From a virus: DNA of 43,945 nt. Position numbers and translations under genes: made by a program. The notes under the pieces were generated by a model. It saw nothing but the letters and a program-made list of their open reading frames with translations. It ran no database searches and was not told where the DNA came from. Below are positions 41,053 through 43,945 of this stretch, one piece after another (the stretch's first letter is position 1; the number at the start of each line of letters is the position of its first letter). Location: positions 1 through 43,945 of the IMG/VR virus record IMGVR_UViG_3300017698_000057; one strand, 5' to 3'.

Positions 41053-41394
41053 ATGCACCGCCTTCTCACCGCCCTGCTGGACGAGAACGAGCGGCTGCGA
41101 CGGCTCGATGAGCAATATGGCCGCGTAGAAGAGGCCATCATATTTGCCGACCCGGAGTTTGATGGGAACAGCGCACACGCTGATTGCGGCGACAGGCTGG
41201 TTGCGTCCGTACAGCGTCTAGCCCTCCGCGCCGAAAAGGCCGAGGCCGAGCGAGCCGCAGCATGGAACGACGCGATAGAGGCGGCGGCGAAAGCATACGC
41301 TGAACACCAATGCGTGCAATTAGAGCGGTGGGAGGATGTGCCGACGTCGCTGCGTCATTCCATACTCCGCGCTATCCTCGCCCTCCGCAAATGA
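41053..41394 (+). CDS. Hypothetical protein, possibly the 3' part of a split gene
   Basis: 113 aa from the ATG. The frame is open from 40969 and there encodes VVEDSDYIVNGNIIAAAPD with no start codon. A 28-aa ORF (40926-41012) in another frame overlaps it. Confidence 0.5.
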   Translation: MHRLLTALLDENERLRRLDEQYGRVEEAIIFADPEFDGNSAHADCGDRLVASVQRLALRAEKAEAERAAAWNDAIEAAAKAYAEHQCVQLERWEDVPTSLRHSILRAILALRK

Positions 41395-41553
41395 ACACCC
41401 GGCCCATATCCACGCCCCGGCAGTCAGCGCACAGGGCCATGCGTGTAGCTGCCGTTACAACGACACAGGGACTGAATCTCGGAGAATGGCACGGTGGGGA
41501 TGGGCACCCGCCGCGCCGATTAAAGGAGAGTGAACGATGGAGGAACAAGCAGA

Positions 41554-41931
41554 ATGAACGACCACCCCCGCCGCGTACAGCTGCGACGCACCAAGGGATG
41601 GCGGATGCCAGATGGCGCGATAAAAGTTGACCGCTCGACGCCCTGGGGCAATCCGTTCCGCGTGGGCGATCCGGGCGTGGCTGATGCGCAGACGGCATGT
41701 GATCTGTTCAGGGCCGCGATATTGCTGGCCGATTACGGCCGCCGCTGCACAACCGAACAGCCATCTATGATATTCGGGACGATAATTAGTGCGATGCCCG
41801 GCCCGATCCCCCGCATCGGCGCCATCCACCAGCACCTGCGCGGCCGCGACTTGGCTTGCTGGTGCCCGCTTGATCAACCCTGCCATGCAGACGTGCTTCT
41901 CGAAATTGCGAACGCACACCAAGAGACCTGA
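41554..41931 (+). CDS. DUF4326-like protein
   Basis: 125 aa containing IKVDRSTPWGNPF and GRDLACWCPLDQPCHADVLLEIAN. GGAGGA lies 9 nt upstream. Confidence 0.6.
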   Translation: MNDHPRRVQLRRTKGWRMPDGAIKVDRSTPWGNPFRVGDPGVADAQTACDLFRAAILLADYGRRCTTEQPSMIFGTIISAMPGPIPRIGAIHQHLRGRDLACWCPLDQPCHADVLLEIANAHQET

Positions 41932-41932
41932 C

Positions 41933-42172
41933 ATGACCCTGCACTTTACACCACCGAGCTACCCGACTGACAGGCGCGTGGCGATGTCCGGATCGCTCGA
42001 GGTCGGTGCGGTGTTCCCGCCTATCGGGCAGACCGAGAATGCGTGGCGCTGGCAGGTATTCCTGAAACCGGAGGTGTTCGGAAAGGCCAGAAGCGAGTTG
42101 GCTGCCAAGAACATCATCGAAAACTGGTGGGCCGATTGGATTCGCGCCGCCGGACTTGAGCCGAAAGGATAG
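41933..42172 (+). CDS. Hypothetical 79-aa protein
   Basis: The ATG lies 1 nt after the upstream stop. Starts MTLHFTPPSYPTDRRVAMSG. Confidence 0.5.
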   Translation: MTLHFTPPSYPTDRRVAMSGSLEVGAVFPPIGQTENAWRWQVFLKPEVFGKARSELAAKNIIENWWADWIRAAGLEPKG

Positions 42173-42176
42173 CGCG

Positions 42177-42440
42177 ATGCCCGCCAAGCCAGACCGCACC
42201 TTTGCCGCCGAAAGCCTGTACGGGTCGAACGAGTGGGTTTCGCTCCGCTTGGGCATGGCGAAGGATACGTGGTTTCGGAAGCGCGGTTGCCTGTACGAGC
42301 GCGGCTTTCCGAAGCCCGACAAGGACACGGGGCTCTACCTGAAAGCGGACGTTGACGCATGGATCGCACGGCAAAGCCGCTTTGGCGACGGGCATGGTAT
42401 GGTGTCGGCACCAAGGGGAGTACGAATCGATGCGATATAA
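42177..42440 (+). CDS. xis: Excisionase / AlpA-family DNA-binding protein
   Basis: 87 aa containing NEWVSLRLGMAKDTWFRKRGCLYERGFPKPDKDTGLYLKADVDAWI. It lies immediately upstream of the integrase and overlaps it. Confidence 0.6.
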   Translation: MPAKPDRTFAAESLYGSNEWVSLRLGMAKDTWFRKRGCLYERGFPKPDKDTGLYLKADVDAWIARQSRFGDGHGMVSAPRGVRIDAI

Positions 42441-43611
42441 ATCCGCGCTATTTGACGGCTCTGATCCCGGCTACGCTCCGGGGCTGAACTGGTCCGGGCG
42501 ATACGCCTACTGGAAACCTACCCGCAAATATGTGGACTTGGGGCACCCGACGGCCCCAATACGCCTGCCGGGCACCAAGGGCGACGGCCGGGACGCAGAG
42601 AGGGCCGCAGAGGCCCGCCGCCTGACACGGGCGATGATCGAGAATTACCAGCCAGACGACGGCCCGACGCCCGGAACATGGTCGTGGGTGATCCGTCGGT
42701 GGAAGGAAGATGCCTACAGCCGTTACAACACCTGCGGCGCCAACACCCGCGCGGATTACGACTACCGCACGAAGAAGTGGGACGCGATCATCGGGCACAT
42801 GCAGATCGACGCCCTGACCTACGACCAGATCAACGTGATCCGTCGGGCGATGGACGAGAAGGATTACTCGGACAGCCTCAAGCAGAAGCTGTTCGGAATG
42901 CTGCGGCACCTTGCCCGGTATTCTCTTGGGCCGCTGCAACAGAAGCAGACGCGCGACCTGGTGGACATTCTCGGGGAAATGCGGTTCCGGTCGCCGTCGA
43001 GGAAGGACTCGGCGCCAACGCGGGAACAGATCCGTGCGGTGATCGACGAAGCCGATGCCCGCGGCATGTTCGCCTTTGCAACCGGCATCCTGTTCCAGTG
43101 GACTTACGCGCTGCGGGCCGTCGACGTGCGGGGCCAGTGGCTTCCCGCCGACGGAGAGGGCGGCATCGTGCGCGACGGCAAGCGGTGGCAGGACGGGCTG
43201 ACGTGGGACATGTTCGACAAGGATTTGACGGAGTGGGGCAAGGTGATCTCCAAGACGCAGACAGCCGTTGAGGGCGTGCGCCTGACGCCGGAACTGCGCT
43301 GCCGCCTGCGGCTTCTGCGGAACGTGTGCGGCACCGGCCCGGTGATCGTGTCGGAGCGGCTTGATGCGCCGTACACCAAGCACGGGTGGTCACGGGCATT
43401 CCGCCGTATCCGCGATGATCTCGGTATTCCCGACACCGTGAAGATGATGGACACCCGCGCCGGGGCCCTGACGGAAGCGAAGAACCTGGGCGTTGATCCG
43501 TTCGCCCTGCGCGATCTCGGCACGCACGCACATGTCAGCACGACGGACGGCTATGCGAGGGGCCGCAGCGAGAACATCAACAAGGTGGTCGAACTGAGGG
43601 GGCGGAAGTGA
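42430..43611 (+). CDS. int: Tyrosine integrase
   Basis: 393 aa. The C-terminal catalytic region has ALRAVDV (Arg), DTRAGALTEA, and LGTHAHVSTTDGYAR (His and the Tyr nucleophile). It is adjacent to the att/tRNA. Confidence 0.85.
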   Translation: MRYKSALFDGSDPGYAPGLNWSGRYAYWKPTRKYVDLGHPTAPIRLPGTKGDGRDAERAAEARRLTRAMIENYQPDDGPTPGTWSWVIRRWKEDAYSRYNTCGANTRADYDYRTKKWDAIIGHMQIDALTYDQINVIRRAMDEKDYSDSLKQKLFGMLRHLARYSLGPLQQKQTRDLVDILGEMRFRSPSRKDSAPTREQIRAVIDEADARGMFAFATGILFQWTYALRAVDVRGQWLPADGEGGIVRDGKRWQDGLTWDMFDKDLTEWGKVISKTQTAVEGVRLTPELRCRLRLLRNVCGTGPVIVSERLDAPYTKHGWSRAFRRIRDDLGIPDTVKMMDTRAGALTEAKNLGVDPFALRDLGTHAHVSTTDGYARGRSENINKVVELRGRK

Positions 43612-43832
43612 CGGGCGATAACATCATATACCTGCACGATTTCATCAAGAATTGTCCCGACAGCGCGGTACTGGAAAAGGTCTCTACGCAACTTGCACGT
43701 CTATCCGTCGCTGCCAGGGCCTTGTCGGCGCGGGACGACATGACCGATACCGAGAAATGGAACGCTTTTTTTGCCGAACTCGAAGATTCGATCTTCACGA
43801 TTAAGGACGAGAACGAGTCGGAAACGCTTTGA
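43608..43832 (+). CDS. Hypothetical 74-aa acidic protein between int and att
   Basis: The GTG start overlaps the int stop as GTGA. The region is visibly AT-richer than the rest of the phage. Confidence 0.45.
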   Translation: MTGDNIIYLHDFIKNCPDSAVLEKVSTQLARLSVAARALSARDDMTDTEKWNAFFAELEDSIFTIKDENESETL

Positions 43833-43869
43833 TACAACTCCGATACAACTGCCCGTTTTCGTCACAACT
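43831..43869. promoter_or_regulatory. Candidate integrase arm-type binding sites (right arm)
   Basis: GATACAACT at 43831-43839 and 43842-43850, and TCACAACT at 43862-43869. They lie between the last ORF and the att repeat. Confidence 0.45.
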
Positions 43870-43890
43870 ATTTTCCGGCTAAGTCTTTGA

Positions 43891-43945
43891 TTTCAGTGGT
43901 GAGCCGTGCAGGATTCGAACCTGCGACCCACTGATTAAAAGTCAG
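43891..43945. repeat. att direct repeat, right copy
   Basis: Identical to bases 1-55. The repeat is cut by the window edge, so its true length may be greater. Confidence 0.9.
43897..43945 (-). tRNA. tRNA-Lys(UUU), 3' portion only (gene continues beyond the window end)
   Basis: The minus strand reads CTGA-CTTTTAA-TCAG (anticodon TTT), variable loop, T stem-loop GCAGG-TTCGAAT-CCTGC, acceptor ACGGCTC, discriminator A and CCA. The 5' half would lie to the right of the window. Confidence 0.75.

Larger units (their letters stand above)
1..43945. mobile_element. Integrated temperate phage (prophage) bounded by tRNA-Lys-derived direct repeats
   Basis: Identical 55-bp repeats sit at both window ends. 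Integrase and excisionase lie at the right end. Complete virion, lysis, replication and immunity modules lie in between. Confidence 0.85.

Overview
The window is one complete, high-GC temperate phage genome of about 43.9 kb, integrated into a tRNA-Lys(UUU) gene. Bases 1-55 and 43891-43945 are identical direct repeats. Each carries the anticodon-loop-to-CCA half of the tRNA on the minus strand. The right copy abuts the tyrosine integrase and is probably the functional tRNA 3' half. The left copy is a displaced fragment.

Gene layout, left to right:
- 145-2669: a cargo ORF and a six-gene lysis cassette.
- 2666-24665: a podovirus-type virion module in T7-like gene order, all on the minus strand. 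It runs from the tail fibre through internal core proteins (one with a transglycosylase motif), tail tubular B and A, capsid, scaffold and portal to a large terminase interrupted by an intein.
- 24831-26451: a small island on the plus strand with its own sigma70-like promoter.
- 26420-33475: early and replication genes on the minus strand. These include HTH regulators, a C5 DNA methyltransferase, DnaB, an initiator with internal iterons, an HNH-AP2 endonuclease and RuvC.
- 33890-34702: a lambda-like divergent switch with four 15-bp operators.
- 34752-43832: a plus-strand operon that ends in PD-(D/E)XK exonuclease, RecT, Xis and Int.

Neighbouring genes are very often translationally coupled through ATGA or TGATG overlaps, and I used this to choose start codons.

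The most notable observations are:
- a 305-aa Hint/LAGLIDADG-like intein inside the TerL P-loop;
- an 11-bp tandem duplication that frameshifts the CI-position repressor;
- a methyltransferase whose recognisable motifs lie in two reading frames;
- a 372-bp non-coding region upstream of the terminase with AT-rich repeats and G9/C10 tracts;
- several unassignable accessory blocks, namely the plus-strand island, the five-gene block at the head of the plus-strand operon, and the extra lysis-cassette genes.

I found no CRISPR array or rRNA, and no tRNA other than the att-associated tRNA-Lys sequences. All family assignments come from motif recognition by eye. No database search was run.
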